Shown: in pieces, positions 44,839 to 56,093 of the stretch
Numbering within the stretch: position 1 is the first letter of the stretch
Layout of the letters: each line of letters begins with the position of its first letter
DNA from: an uncultured Anaerolineales bacterium
GTDB lineage: Bacteria > Chloroflexota > Anaerolineae > Anaerolineales > UBA11858
Assembly (NCBI GenBank): GCA_964438295.1
Contig: CAYTKR010000006.1
Location: 5,469 to 69,468 of the forward strand
Direction of reading: 5' to 3'
DNA: 64,000 nucleotides
Translations under genes and position numbers: made by a program
Notes under the pieces: generated by a model
What the model saw: the letters and a program-made list of their open reading frames with translations, nothing else
Told to the model about the DNA's origin: nothing
The model's database searches: none

Positions 44839-47800
44839 CTACGCTGCACAAACGCGATTCTTGCCAGCGCGCTTGGCTTCTAAAACCCCCGCATCTGCGG
44901 CAAGCAACAGTCCTTTGGGTGATTGGGCATCATTGGGGACCGATGCAACACCGATGCTAAGTGTATAACCCGAGATCGATCCATCTGATTTCTGCATGGC
45001 TTTCGTTTTGGGCATTAAATCAAGGGCTTTGGATTCGGCGGCTATTCTGATTCGTTCTGCCAAATAACAAGCGCCCTCCTTACCCGTATGTGGTAAAAGC
45101 AACACGAATTCCTCACCCCCATAGCGGGCGACCATATCAGGGAGACGAACATTCCTCTGAAGAATTTCAGCAATTTCTCGCAACTGTACATCGCCAGCTG
45201 GATGGCCGTAGGTATCGTTGAAGATCTTGAAATCATCGATATCCATGAAAATCAATGATAGTGGGTGTCCATAACGCGTAGCGCGCACAACTTCGCTTTC
45301 CAATGCTGCATCGAACGCACGCCGGTTGGCAACCTGGGTCAAGCTGTCTGTAACAGCGAGTTTTTGCACTTTGGAATACAGTTGAGCATTCTCGATGGCT
45401 ACGGTCACCTGGGAGGCTGCGATAGTCAGGAGATGTTCGTCACGAGTTGTGAACGAGTTGGGCTTGTCGCTATCGATGGACAACGCGCCGATAATGCTAT
45501 CCTTGGCCTTCAATGGAACGACCATCAGCGAACGCACTTCCCGGCTAAAAAACTTGAAATTGGGATCGGCATACGTATCGGGAACGTATCGTGGCTGCCC
45601 AGTTTCTACAACTTTCCCACTGACACCTTCGCCAACCATCAAGGAGAACTCTCGCACCCACTGAGGCGCCACTCCGGCAGTGGCACCTAATGAAAGCATC
45701 TGGGTTTTCGGGTCGAGGAGCACGATGGTTGCGGCTCTCGCCGAGAGCATATCCCTGAGGTTCTCGACAATGGTTACGAGAACCTCGTCAGTCTCCAAAC
45801 TAGAGGTGGTCTTTTGAGCCAGATCATATAACGCTGACATTTCATAAAGATTTCGCTCTAATTCCGTCGCGTAATCAGCATTTTCCAAAGCAATCGCAAT
45901 CTGGCTCGCTAACGTTTCTAAGAGCCTACAATGACTCAAGTCATACATATTGGGTTGAAACGACTGTACAGATATCGCACCCAGCACCTGGTCGTGCGCT
46001 ACCAATGGCACCCCCATCCAAGAGCGGGATGGCCTTCCACTGTGTTTTGGCTCAATAGGCAGCGAATCGGTTTCAATATCTTTGATAATTAGATGGTGTC
46101 GATTCTGAATCACCCAGCCGGTTAAGCCTCCATCTCCCAAAGCAAACTTTGCCCCAATCCATTCAGGAAGTTTTTGATTTTCCTCGATTGCCAATAATAC
46201 TTGCAAATGGTCATCATCAAGATCATATCGTACAACCGCAAAAGAATCCGGCGAAAACAGTTTTTCAACCTGGTTGTAAATTCGATCCAAAAGAATATCA
46301 ACCTCTAAAACACTGCTGGTATCCAAAGTTGCATCAAAGACGGCCCCCAATTCCTGCATCTGACGTTGAGTTTCTTCAAAGAGACGTGTGCTTTGAATTG
46401 CAATTCCGGCTTGCCGACCGACTGATTCAACCAGAAGAAGATCACGTTCGGAGAATTGGTTCTCAGGAGATAAACTCATTAACCCTAATGCTCCGATGGC
46501 ATTTTCTCCACTGCAGATCGGAACCCCTACCACATTAATAACTCCAGCTTCAACCCATTCGGCAATTGCTTCGGGATACTCAGAATAGTTTTTTAGAAGA
46601 ACTGAATCTCCCGAACGAATCACTTTGTGTGTAACACCTAATGGATCAGGTAGTGGCTGCTCACTCAGGCTCGATGGCAAATTATACAAGTAGGGAAAAC
46701 GTACCGTCTCTCCATCAGAATCCAATAAAGCCAAGGCGCCTGCGTCCGCCCCGATGAGCTCGGCTGTCAGGCGCACGACATCTCGGAGCATTGTCGGAAA
46801 ATCTAATCCGCTGCTAAGCGAACGAGCGATATCAGTCAATTGTTTTTCGCGATCCAAACTTTGATTGATTTCAACCAACAAACGGGCGTTTTCCAAAGCA
46901 ACCGCCGCCTGGTTTGCAAACAAGGATAAGAGCTCCAATTCTTCTTGCGTGAACTTTCGATCTTCGACGTTATCCAATATATGTAATACACCGGTCACAT
47001 TGCCATGCCAGATTATTGGCACGCTGATCACCGCTGTAAATTGGCTATCACTATAAACTGCCGCCCGGTTTGAGTAATTCTGGTAATCATTGATAATCAT
47101 GGGTTCGCCCGACTCAGCCACAACCCCTGCCACCCCTTCGCCATATTTGAGAACGATCCCGGTGTAATCGGAGGGCGCTTGATAACAAACCATGCAGTGA
47201 ACTTCTTTTTTTTCTGCTTCACACATGTACAATCCGCCCGAAGGGGCAGCCAATAATTGAGCCGCACTCTCGACGATCTTTTCGAACAACTTATCCAAAT
47301 CTCCCGGCATGGTCATATCCAGTGAGATCGAATGGATTGCGGATAGTTCATCCATACGGCGCAGCAGTGATTCCTCTGATCGGACCAATTCATTTTCCAG
47401 CCTGCCGTAACCGCCAAAAAGCATGTCAACAGAGCTGCGCCTGGCAATACGTCGAAAGTCCGGCAAAGCGGATACACAGCGGTAGAGATAAACTGATGCC
47501 AATGGCCATAGCAATATCCCCGAGACTGTTTTCCCAAATAGCTGTTCGTGAAGTATGTTGGCAAAGTTAGGAGTGCCAGCATACGTTAGCAAAGAAAAGA
47601 GCAACGCATCAACCCATAGAGCGCCATTAAATGCCGCGAGTGTCGCCAACCAGATCGGCACGCGGCTTTTTGGTGGAGCGTCCCATATCATGAAGCGATC
47701 GCTGAGTCCAAACCGATTGATGACGAATTGAAAGAAGATCGCCATTGCATACAAATCAATCAAGAAGGTGATCATCGAAGCAGCCATTTTTCGCGTAGCG

Positions 47801-48204
47801 ACCTGGAGAACTGGCGCATCCACTGTTAAGCCCTTGAAGCTGCCACCGCCCGGCAATGCTAGGTGATTTGGCAAGCTTGTGCGTACGAGTAATAGCAACA
47901 CAATAACGACAACTACACCCCAAATCGCGAGGCGTGCCGGAGCAGTTCCCTCTGTGACATAAATCAGCAAGATTGCCAAGAGAATTACTGGAACTAATAC
48001 ATTCGAAGGTACAGTAAAGTTTATGTCTTGAATCGACTGCACGTAGATTCCCATGGTGGCTGACATATGCACTGCAGCAATTAAGCCTCCAAGGAAGATC
48101 AACAGCCAGGTCAATCCATAGCGTGATCGCAAGCGATGTAGGACTAGCACAACAGCGCTTAGCACATATAATTCGATACCAAGCAAGAGAAGGTTCAGCG
48201 ACAT
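44839..48204 (-). CDS. Membrane-anchored multi-GAF sensor diguanylate cyclase
   Basis: N-terminal ~250-aa polytopic region, several GAF-like modules (repeated ...VPL...G.L...S...F...E..LL..LA.Q.A.AIENA.L), and a C-terminal GGDEF domain (RYGGEEFVLLL). Confidence 0.85.
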   Translation of the reverse strand: MSLNLLLLGIELYVLSAVVLVLHRLRSRYGLTWLLIFLGGLIAAVHMSATMGIYVQSIQDINFTVPSNVLVPVILLAILLIYVTEGTAPARLAIWGVVVVIVLLLLVRTSLPNHLALPGGGSFKGLTVDAPVLQVATRKMAASMITFLIDLYAMAIFFQFVINRFGLSDRFMIWDAPPKSRVPIWLATLAAFNGALWVDALLFSLLTYAGTPNFANILHEQLFGKTVSGILLWPLASVYLYRCVSALPDFRRIARRSSVDMLFGGYGRLENELVRSEESLLRRMDELSAIHSISLDMTMPGDLDKLFEKIVESAAQLLAAPSGGLYMCEAEKKEVHCMVCYQAPSDYTGIVLKYGEGVAGVVAESGEPMIINDYQNYSNRAAVYSDSQFTAVISVPIIWHGNVTGVLHILDNVEDRKFTQEELELLSLFANQAAVALENARLLVEINQSLDREKQLTDIARSLSSGLDFPTMLRDVVRLTAELIGADAGALALLDSDGETVRFPYLYNLPSSLSEQPLPDPLGVTHKVIRSGDSVLLKNYSEYPEAIAEWVEAGVINVVGVPICSGENAIGALGLMSLSPENQFSERDLLLVESVGRQAGIAIQSTRLFEETQRQMQELGAVFDATLDTSSVLEVDILLDRIYNQVEKLFSPDSFAVVRYDLDDDHLQVLLAIEENQKLPEWIGAKFALGDGGLTGWVIQNRHHLIIKDIETDSLPIEPKHSGRPSRSWMGVPLVAHDQVLGAISVQSFQPNMYDLSHCRLLETLASQIAIALENADYATELERNLYEMSALYDLAQKTTSSLETDEVLVTIVENLRDMLSARAATIVLLDPKTQMLSLGATAGVAPQWVREFSLMVGEGVSGKVVETGQPRYVPDTYADPNFKFFSREVRSLMVVPLKAKDSIIGALSIDSDKPNSFTTRDEHLLTIAASQVTVAIENAQLYSKVQKLAVTDSLTQVANRRAFDAALESEVVRATRYGHPLSLIFMDIDDFKIFNDTYGHPAGDVQLREIAEILQRNVRLPDMVARYGGEEFVLLLPHTGKEGACYLAERIRIAAESKALDLMPKTKAMQKSDGSISGYTLSIGVASVPNDAQSPKGLLLAADAGVLEAKRAGKNRVCAA

Positions 48205-48338
48205 GGTAAGTTTTCAGTAGACTTGGATAGAGAGAAGATTAATCTGAGAACTCTGCGTTTCCATTTGTTCCGATTCTACTGCAACATTAAAGATATAAAC
48301 CAATTTATAAGGATAATAAATAACACTTGAGTACTATA

Positions 48339-50671
48339 TTATCGATGTACAGGTAAGCGCATGAAAAAAGTTGCCCCTTGTCCTTCCATACTTTCGACCC
48401 AGATCTCGCCCTCATGCGCCTCGACGACTAACTTACAATAGGCTAAACCAAGACCAGTGCCCCCTCGGCGACTTTTCGTCCCAGTGTCCGTTTGAAATTT
48501 TTTGAAGAGATTCTTTTGTGCCTTTTCGGAAATACCGGGGCCTGTATCACTGACACCAATCTGCATCATGGGTGGATAGCTTTCTTTCTCGAGCCGAGCC
48601 ATAATCTTGATGCAACCCTCGTCTGGTGTAAATTTGATGGCATTGTCGATGAGATTCTCTAATACCCGCCGAATATGCTTGGGGTCCACTTGTAGATCGG
48701 GGAGTTCACCATCAGCCTCAACTTCGATTTTAATCTTGGCCTGATCAGCAAGTTTTGTCACACGATATCTGACATCGTTAAGTAGCTCCATAATGGAGAC
48801 TGTCTCGGTATTGAGAGGCATTTGTCCATCTTCGAGCTTGGCGATATCCAATAATCCGTTCACCATACTCATCATGCGGTCCGTGCTGCGCTCAGCCATC
48901 CCAAGAAGCGCCCAAGACTCTTTTGAAGCAGAAATTTCTACGAGGTCATTGCGTAGCACTCCAAAACTACCTCGCAGCACCGTCAGTGGAGAACGCAGAT
49001 CATGGACGAGCATATGAACCATATCCTCTCTCAAGCGAGCCAACTTTACCTCTTCACTGATATCTCGATATACCAATAGCCAACCCACAATTTGATCCTG
49101 TTTATCATGAACAGGCGTCAGGGTTCGTTCGAGATGGAGTTGCGGGGGTCCGTTAATCTTGATTACGCGTTTCATCTCATCTTGGTCTCCAGTGGCCAAG
49201 GATTTGATTTCTGCGTGCAATTCTGCTCTAGTGTAACCCAATTGAGACATCAAAGGGGGCGTATCGGTTAATTGAATAGATCCCCATTCCCCGCCTGATA
49301 ATTCGGTCAGGGGAATCACCAGGAAGTTAGCCAATGCCCGGTTGGCAGCCAGCACGCGAAATTCCAGATTAAGCATTAGCATCCCCTCAGCAGAGGTGCG
49401 CAAAATGGAATTTAATTCCTGGACCCGGCGGGACAAGGCATCATCGGTTCTCTCATAAAGACGTGCATTTTGTATCGCGATGGCCGCCTGGGCCGCGATC
49501 GTCTCCAAGATATCCCTATGGTGCTCATCATAAAGTTCCGTGTCAGTATAAGATTGTACGGCAATTATGCCCAGTGGATCATTTCCACTCAACAAAGGAA
49601 CTCCCAGCCAGGAAGCCGCAGGGGTGCCAATGTGCTCGATGCCCAGTTGGGCAAGTTTTGCCTCAACATTGGAAGAAATCAGGAGCGGTTTTTTTTCTGC
49701 AAAATGAATTCAGTCAATCCACCACCCGCTTTACGTGAACGCCACTCAACTGGTTGTGTGTCTTCAAACACCAAAGGGAAAGTAACTTCGTCTACATCAG
49801 GAAAATACAAGGCTACATAGAAATTGTGCACGGGCATCAATTTGGACACCTGATCGTACACAGCCGGTAAGATTTCATCGAGTTGTAAACTCGCACTCAA
49901 CGCCTGACCGACTGCTTGCAGGCTATCAAGTTCTTGAATACGCCGTTCTAGCCCGCGCGACGTCAGGGCGAGATCTCTGGCGATCAGCGATGAGGCTACG
50001 ATGCCGGCAGTTAGCAATAAGAAAATCCCAAATCCAAATCGTGCATGAACCAAGGGGAACAGAGGCAGGAAAAATAGGGGGGCGACTTCATACAATAGCA
50101 AATTTGGCATTGAGCTGTAATACATTTTCAGGGCAGCTGTACTCCTGGCCGCCATATATGCCCCTGCAAGCAACAGATTCGTTGCCATGTAGGCAACAAC
50201 AAGGGCTATCATGGCAAGTACGTTTTGGGATGAAATGGTCTCGAAAGGAATCTTCCCACCCGCCCACAGATAAACCACACCCCCAACCAGGATGCTAATG
50301 CCCTGAATTCCCGCATTAGCCAGGGCAACTGCAATCGCACCAATCTGGGATTGAATCTTTGGCGCCCCAATGCGTTTCCCAAACCCTTGGCGGACAACTT
50401 GGTGAAGGATCGCCCCCAAATACGCCGCCCAGCCCGCAGGGATTTGGCCGATGATCAGTAGTGCGGCAATTGTGGACATGGGCAAAAATGAAACTGTGCC
50501 ACCCCCAAAGGGTACCCCAAATGCGGTAGTAAATACAATCAGTAATACGAATAAACTAAATATGGCTCCATTTTCAAAGGAAAGTGGCGCACCAGTAATT
50601 TGGTAGAGCAAGAATATAAGTACCAGTATTCCCACGCTCATGGAAAGGAAATATCGATATCGTGTTTTCAT
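48339..50671 (-). pseudogene. Membrane GAF-PAS-like sensor histidine kinase interrupted by a frameshift in an A8 homopolymer
   Basis: ORF 49679..50671 (polytopic membrane domain plus the first half of a GAF domain) and ORF 48339..49595 (second GAF half, H-box VHDLRSPL, HATPase blocks DNAIKFT, DTGPGI, GTGLGL) are contiguous parts of one gene. Adding one A to the run at 49689-49696 joins them in frame. Confidence 0.8.
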
Positions 50672-50789
50672 GAAACGGATTACTGTCCCTATTGAATGGA
50701 TGCATTCCTAGCGCTTCAGAATTGTGACTACATTGTAATTGATAATCAAGCGGAAATCTATTATTAGCCTCATTTTTTTTTGATTTTTA

Positions 50790-50840
50790 CGAAAACTAAA
50801 GAGACGAGCAGAGCACATAGCGCCATACTCGTCCCTCTTA
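50790..50840 (-). terminator. Probable intrinsic terminator after the head-GIN lipoprotein gene
   Basis: On the minus strand: aagagggacgag, 19-nt loop, ctcgtctctt, then tagttttcgtaaaaatc. Confidence 0.45.
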
Positions 50841-50867
50841 TTGAAACGATAAATTGGGAACCTGCTA

Positions 50868-51596
50868 TCACTTGCTCCCGAGAGAAATTACGCTGCTGCC
50901 TCCCGATGAATTACTGTTCACGATAGGCTGCCCATAATAGGATACCGAACTGCCTCCACTGGCATTGACATCAAGCGAGTCAGTAACCCAAATTTCCGCA
51001 TTACCTCCGCCACTTACATTGATCACGGCTTGCTCACTCACCAATTCGCTCGCCTCATAACTGCTTCCCCCGCTTAGTTCGATGCGTTGCTCGTTTACTT
51101 GACCAGATACCTTTACATCCCCTCCCCCGCTAACATCGAGGTCGAAATCATCGACATTCAAAGCATCGATCTCCGCATCGCTTCCTCCGCTTAAATGCAG
51201 ATCAAAGCTATCGGTTTCGATCTCGAATGCATCGAGCTCACCGCCTCCAGAGATATCGATCTCTCGTACGACCTCCACAGAGAGGAATAGGCGAATAGGT
51301 TTCGTAGGCCAATAAGCAGTTTCGGGATATTGTTCAATATATCCAACTTCTAACGTATCACCAACGACCCGCGTCTCGATCTCAGCGATGATATTGTCTT
51401 CCGCTTCGATTTCCAGGCTCTCTTGTGAGGCCTGGCTAAGGATCAACTCCATCCCACAACAAATATCGATTTGCTCGAAGCCTCTTACGTCCCTGGTCTC
51501 GCGAACCACATTACCAGAACCGCGTACTACTCGCGCGGCGCATGCCGAGAGCATCATGGCCATGGCTATTGTTACAACCATAATCAATTTCTTCAT
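50868..51596 (-). CDS. Lipoprotein with DUF2807 / head-GIN (putative auto-transporter adhesin head) domain
   Basis: Lipobox MMLSACA. GSGNVVRETRDVRGFEQI... followed by repeated SGG(G/S)xxE/D beta-strand units. Confidence 0.7.
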   Translation of the reverse strand: MKKLIMVVTIAMAMMLSACAARVVRGSGNVVRETRDVRGFEQIDICCGMELILSQASQESLEIEAEDNIIAEIETRVVGDTLEVGYIEQYPETAYWPTKPIRLFLSVEVVREIDISGGGELDAFEIETDSFDLHLSGGSDAEIDALNVDDFDLDVSGGGDVKVSGQVNEQRIELSGGSSYEASELVSEQAVINVSGGGNAEIWVTDSLDVNASGGSSVSYYGQPIVNSNSSGGSSVISLGSK

Positions 51597-51691
51597 TAGA
51601 TAATCCTCCAGTTAACTGCTAAGCGGGTGATATATCCTAATATACGCAAAGACCAGAGACTAGTCGCACATCAGCGCGATATCGCTACATC

Positions 51692-52522
51692 TCAAATACC
51701 AAGGATTGCTTTAGCATCTGCAGGCGAGGCGACTTCACGCTGAAGAATATGGATCAGGTTGGCTGCATTTTCTACAAGCTCCGCATTGTTCTTGGCTAGG
51801 ACGCCTTTTCTGAAGTAAAGGTTATCCTCCAACCCAACACGAACGTGACCGCCCAGCAATATTCCCATCGTTATCATCGGCAGTTGCCAGCGACCGACTC
51901 CCAGAACGGACCAGCGCACATTTTCGGGCAGTTTATTTTTCATGAATAGCAGATTTTCAATCGAAGCCTCAATTCCCCAGCGCACACCCATGCAGAGTTG
52001 AAAATAAGGTGGCTCAGCGATCAACCCTTGTTTGATGAGATCATTCGCTTGCGAGATATGGCCACTATCGAACACTTCGATTTCTGGTTTGACCCCCAAT
52101 TCACGAATTCGTTCAGCGGCAATTTCCCCCCATTCTGGGGTATTGAGAAATACTCCTTCACGGAAATTGAGCGTCCCAATATCGAGAGAACAAATTTCGG
52201 GCTGCAGCGAAAGGGGAGCCAGGCGCGTCTCGATCAGATCTTCGGGAGTTCCCGGAAGATGAAAGCCAGTCGTGGTAAGGTTTATCAGGATATCACACCG
52301 TTGGCGGATGCGCTCAACAACTTCCTGAAATAACTCGATCTTGGAGTCGCCCTTCCCAGTGAGGGGGTCACGGACATGGATGTGGGCTATGGCAGCCCCC
52401 GCCTGCCAACATTCGATGGCTGAATCGGCAATTTCTTTTGGGGTATACGGCACGGCCGGATTCATTTCCTTGGTTGGCGCAGAGCCTGTCAACGCGGCGG
52501 TAATGATAACTTTCTCTTGCAT
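51692..52522 (-). CDS. BKACE-family enzyme (3-keto-5-aminohexanoate cleavage enzyme-like, DUF849)
   Basis: IITAALTGS...[33 protein letters not shown]... and a length of 276 aa are typical of the family. Confidence 0.75.
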   Translation of the reverse strand: MQEKVIITAALTGSAPTKEMNPAVPYTPKEIADSAIECWQAGAAIAHIHVRDPLTGKGDSKIELFQEVVERIRQRCDILINLTTTGFHLPGTPEDLIETRLAPLSLQPEICSLDIGTLNFREGVFLNTPEWGEIAAERIRELGVKPEIEVFDSGHISQANDLIKQGLIAEPPYFQLCMGVRWGIEASIENLLFMKNKLPENVRWSVLGVGRWQLPMITMGILLGGHVRVGLEDNLYFRKGVLAKNNAELVENAANLIHILQREVASPADAKAILGI

Positions 52523-52585
52523 GCGATAAACTCCAGATTTTCGTCTACAATATCACTATAACCAATAGATGGAAGGAATATTACC

Positions 52586-53929
52586 ATGGCTTCCAAACAC
52601 CCCGATACCTCAGTCTTCTACCGGCGCTTGCTCTATGACCATCCCAAAATTGCTAGAGGCGAAGGTGTTTATCTGTTCGATGAACACGGCAACCGCTACC
52701 TAGACGCATCAGGGGGTGCGCTGGTCGCAAATATCGGTCATGGCGTTGAAAGCGTTGTGAAAGCGATGGCGTCACAAGCAGCACTGGTGGCTTACATTCA
52801 TGGAACCATGTTTACCAGCGAGAGCAATGAAAAATATGCTCGAGAATTGGCCGCGATTTGCCCGATAGCCAAGGCGAAATTCTACTTCCTTACCAGCGGA
52901 TCGGAGGCCGTTGAGGCTGCAATAAAATTTGCTCGCCAGGTTCAGATCAGCCGCAGTCAGCACAGCCGCCACCTAACTATCTCCCGCTGGGGGTCTTTTC
53001 ATGGTGCTACCTTAGGCGCGCTAGGTGTAACAGGCAAGCCCAAAATGCGGAATAATTTCACGAGCATGTTCAAGAATATGCCCCATATCCTCCCGCCCTA
53101 TTGCTACCGCTGCCCATTCCAATTGAAGTACCCAGCCTGCGAATTGCGCTGCGCCACCGCGCTGGAAGACGAAATTTTGCGCCATGGTCCTGAAAATGTC
53201 TCTGCATTTATTGCTGAGCCGGTCAGCGGGGCAACCCTAGGGGGAGTTGTTCCTCCAGATGAGTACTGGCCTACCATCCGCAAAATATGCAATCGCTATG
53301 ATGTGCTGCTGATCGCGGACGAAGTAATGACGGGCATGGGGCGCACAGGCAGGTGGTTTGCCATGGAGCATTGGGATGTCGAGCCCGATATTATCACCGT
53401 CGGCAAGGGCGCGGCAGGAGGCTATTTCCCACTCAGTGTTCTGGGAGTCAAAAGCCAGCACACCGACCTGATTGCCTCAACCTTCGGGGATTTCACACAC
53501 GGTGGCACCTACACCCATCATGCAGTCGGTACCGCAAGCGGATTGGCAACGTTGACGTATCTTAGACAAAATGACTTAGTAACAGAAGTGAAACGCAAAG
53601 GAGAGATTTTGGATTCACTTCTCATGGATCGGGTTGGGCATCTCCAATGGGTAGGAGATATTCGCGGCATTGGTCTAATGTGGGGAGTAGAATTGGTTAA
53701 AGAACGGGAGAGCAAGGAGCCATTCGACCCTCAACTCCAGCTCGGAGTCAAAATCGCTGATCAAGCTATGCGTAATGGGTTGATCATTTACCCAGGTTCT
53801 GGCTCTGTTGATGGAACGCGAGGAGATCACTTCATGATCGGTCCTCCATTTACAATATCACAGACGCAGATCGAAACCTTAGTGGATCTAATTTCAAGGA
53901 CCATCCAGGAAACAATCCCTTCACTATGA
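52586..53929 (+). CDS. Class-III PLP-dependent aminotransferase
   Basis: SGSEAVEAAIKFAR, LIADEVMTGMGRTGRWFA, TVGKGAAGGYFPLS (Schiff-base Lys). Confidence 0.85.
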   Translation: MASKHPDTSVFYRRLLYDHPKIARGEGVYLFDEHGNRYLDASGGALVANIGHGVESVVKAMASQAALVAYIHGTMFTSESNEKYARELAAICPIAKAKFYFLTSGSEAVEAAIKFARQVQISRSQHSRHLTISRWGSFHGATLGALGVTGKPKMRNNFTSMFKNMPHILPPYCYRCPFQLKYPACELRCATALEDEILRHGPENVSAFIAEPVSGATLGGVVPPDEYWPTIRKICNRYDVLLIADEVMTGMGRTGRWFAMEHWDVEPDIITVGKGAAGGYFPLSVLGVKSQHTDLIASTFGDFTHGGTYTHHAVGTASGLATLTYLRQNDLVTEVKRKGEILDSLLMDRVGHLQWVGDIRGIGLMWGVELVKERESKEPFDPQLQLGVKIADQAMRNGLIIYPGSGSVDGTRGDHFMIGPPFTISQTQIETLVDLISRTIQETIPSL

Positions 53930-53950
53930 TCATACCAATCAGGTAACGAT

Positions 53951-53989
53951 AAAAAAAGCCGGATGATGTTTATCGTCATCCGGCTTTTT
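53951..53989. terminator. Bidirectional intrinsic terminator between convergent genes
   Basis: aaaaaaa-gccggatgatg-tttat-cgtcatccggc-ttttta. The A-tract on one side and T-tract on the other serve both strands. Confidence 0.8.
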
Positions 53990-54002
53990 ATCTACCGATT
54001 GT

Positions 54003-55127
54003 CTAAGGGGCGGTATCGTAATAGTACGACCAATGCGCATTCTTGAGTATTGTGTTGATATCTTTATACGCGGCCAATATTTTGTCCGCATCAGTTGAGC
54101 CTTGATTTACCGCGCTAACTTTCGCATTCAAGCGCATGACCTCTTCCCACAATTTCCCTTTATCCTTCGAACCCAAAATCAAGGCTTTACACACGTAATC
54201 CTTATCACAGATGTTCGCGAACACTAATATCATCGCTTCATAGATTAACATTTTACGCATATACACTGTCGAGCCGGAAAACTCAGAAATCTCCCAACGG
54301 CTTCCGCCGTCTTCGGTGACTAAAATTACCCCTAGGTCGCCGCTGGTCCCAATCACGATGCCGTATAACTCATCCAAGAAAAGCACATCGGATAACATGG
54401 CCTGTGGCATTGGGGGCTCAAGCTCGGTCCAGGTGGTACCGCCATCGGTGGTCTTGATCAGATACGGTGTGGGGTTTTCCCAGCCATAACTGCCCACGGC
54501 ATAGCCCACTTCTTCAGAGGGGAATGTGATTCCAAACAGGCCTGCTTCCTCATGGGAGGGGTGATCCTGTTCAACCCAGGTGATCCCGTCCTCAGAGCGC
54601 AGCAGCAATGAGTGGAAGTTGCCAAAATCAAAGCCAACGCTCCATCCCAAGCCAGTTTCTGAGAAATACACTTTGTCGACACTGCCAAATACTTGCGGAA
54701 GCGTGGCCTTTTCCCAGGTCTGGCCACCATCTTGGGTGCGCAGAATCAGTGTAGGGACTTCTCCACCCCAATCCTGGCCTGCAGCATACCCAGTCATACG
54801 GTCCGTGAAATTGACCGTGACGAGGACACCTGTCTTTATTCCCGAACCCACCTCCACCCAACTGGCACCACCATCCTCGGTTAGCACGATGACGGGTTGC
54901 GTGTTCTCTGCTTCGCCCTTAGTTCCTACTGCCCAGCCAAATGTATCATCCCAGAGGAAAACGTCTTGAATTGTGATATTTTCATCCGGGAGTTCAAATT
55001 CCACCACGGGGGGCTCTTCAGTTTCTGCGGAAACGGGTGCAACAAAAGCACTCAAAACAATTCCCACGAGGATCATGCTCGCAATGAGCAGGCTAATCGG
55101 TTTAAAATATCGGGCGTTTTTATCCAT
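54003..55127 (-). CDS. Membrane-anchored BNR/Ycf48-like beta-propeller protein
   Basis: N-terminal TM anchor. Repeated BNR-type motifs TEDGGASW, TQDGGQTW, SEDGITW, TTDGGTTW and TEDGGSRW. Confidence 0.75.
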   Translation of the reverse strand: MDKNARYFKPISLLIASMILVGIVLSAFVAPVSAETEEPPVVEFELPDENITIQDVFLWDDTFGWAVGTKGEAENTQPVIVLTEDGGASWVEVGSGIKTGVLVTVNFTDRMTGYAAGQDWGGEVPTLILRTQDGGQTWEKATLPQVFGSVDKVYFSETGLGWSVGFDFGNFHSLLLRSEDGITWVEQDHPSHEEAGLFGITFPSEEVGYAVGSYGWENPTPYLIKTTDGGTTWTELEPPMPQAMLSDVLFLDELYGIVIGTSGDLGVILVTEDGGSRWEISEFSGSTVYMRKMLIYEAMILVFANICDKDYVCKALILGSKDKGKLWEEVMRLNAKVSAVNQGSTDADKILAAYKDINTILKNAHWSYYYDTAP

Positions 55128-55295
55128 GGCGAGTTCCTCCTAAAGAATACATGCTCATTATAGAATAGGCGAAATGACCAGACAATACCGCTAGAGAACT
55201 ACTAACATTCAATGTAGCTTAGGACCACCGTTGGCGTGACCTTGCCGATGTGACACGATCACGAGACCGATTTCTGCAATTTTGAGCGAAACGAA

Positions 55296-56081
55296 TCAAG
55301 AAATGTTTGACAGGAAGTCAAGCACCGCTCGATTGAATGACTTTGGGTGCTCTGCTGGGGTGGCATGGCGCGAATCTTCAATGACCACTATTTCCGCATT
55401 TGGCAACATGGCTGCGTATCTCTCCTTCTCCCCGAAAAATGCGTAGTCTCCATCAGCGGCGATGATCAATGTTGGAATATCCAGTTCTCCCAATTGGTCA
55501 ACCACGCTCCATCCCACCAACGAACGCGTGGATGCCAAGTAGGCCTTGGGGTCGTTTTCAGCCCAGCGCTCAACAAATATTTGGCGCAACTCATCTTGCT
55601 CGGGCTTGATAAACAATCGCTGGCTGAGCACTTCGCCCATCTTGCGCATACCGATGAATTTCACGATCAACTGGCGCTGCCACATTTGAAAGCGCTCCCC
55701 GAATGTTTGTATAAGCAATTCTGGAGTACAGTTGGCGGCTACCAAACTACGCAGTAATTCTGGATGATTCACTGCGAGTTGATAAGCGATCATTCCACCC
55801 ATTGAGATACCCAAAACATGTGCCGGCACGATATCCAATTCACGCATCAAATTCGCAGCATCTTTAGCAAACATGGGGATACTATAAGGTCCGCGAGGCT
55901 TAGAAGATCGACCATGCCCGCGCACATCGAATGTGACCACTTTATAGTGTTTGGAAAACTCTGGCACTTGCATTTCCCAATCGCGCAAACTGGAACCGAG
56001 GCCATGGATCATTACAAGCGGCTGCCCTTCTCCTGCGATCTCATAATTCACATCGAGGTCATTAATTCGTATGCTTGGCAT
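55296..56081 (-). CDS. Alpha/beta-fold hydrolase
   Basis: LVMIHGLGSS, GISMGG nucleophile elbow, EDSRHATPAEHP. Confidence 0.8.
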   Translation of the reverse strand: MPSIRINDLDVNYEIAGEGQPLVMIHGLGSSLRDWEMQVPEFSKHYKVVTFDVRGHGRSSKPRGPYSIPMFAKDAANLMRELDIVPAHVLGISMGGMIAYQLAVNHPELLRSLVAANCTPELLIQTFGERFQMWQRQLIVKFIGMRKMGEVLSQRLFIKPEQDELRQIFVERWAENDPKAYLASTRSLVGWSVVDQLGELDIPTLIIAADGDYAFFGEKERYAAMLPNAEIVVIEDSRHATPAEHPKSFNRAVLDFLSNIS

Positions 56082-56093
56082 ATGATGCTCCTC

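Noticed and set aside
49463-49820. Plus-strand ORFs (91 and 116 aa) spanning the gap between the two histidine-kinase fragments
   Set aside because: They are antisense to a gene that is restored by a single-base correction. The products are low complexity with no motifs.
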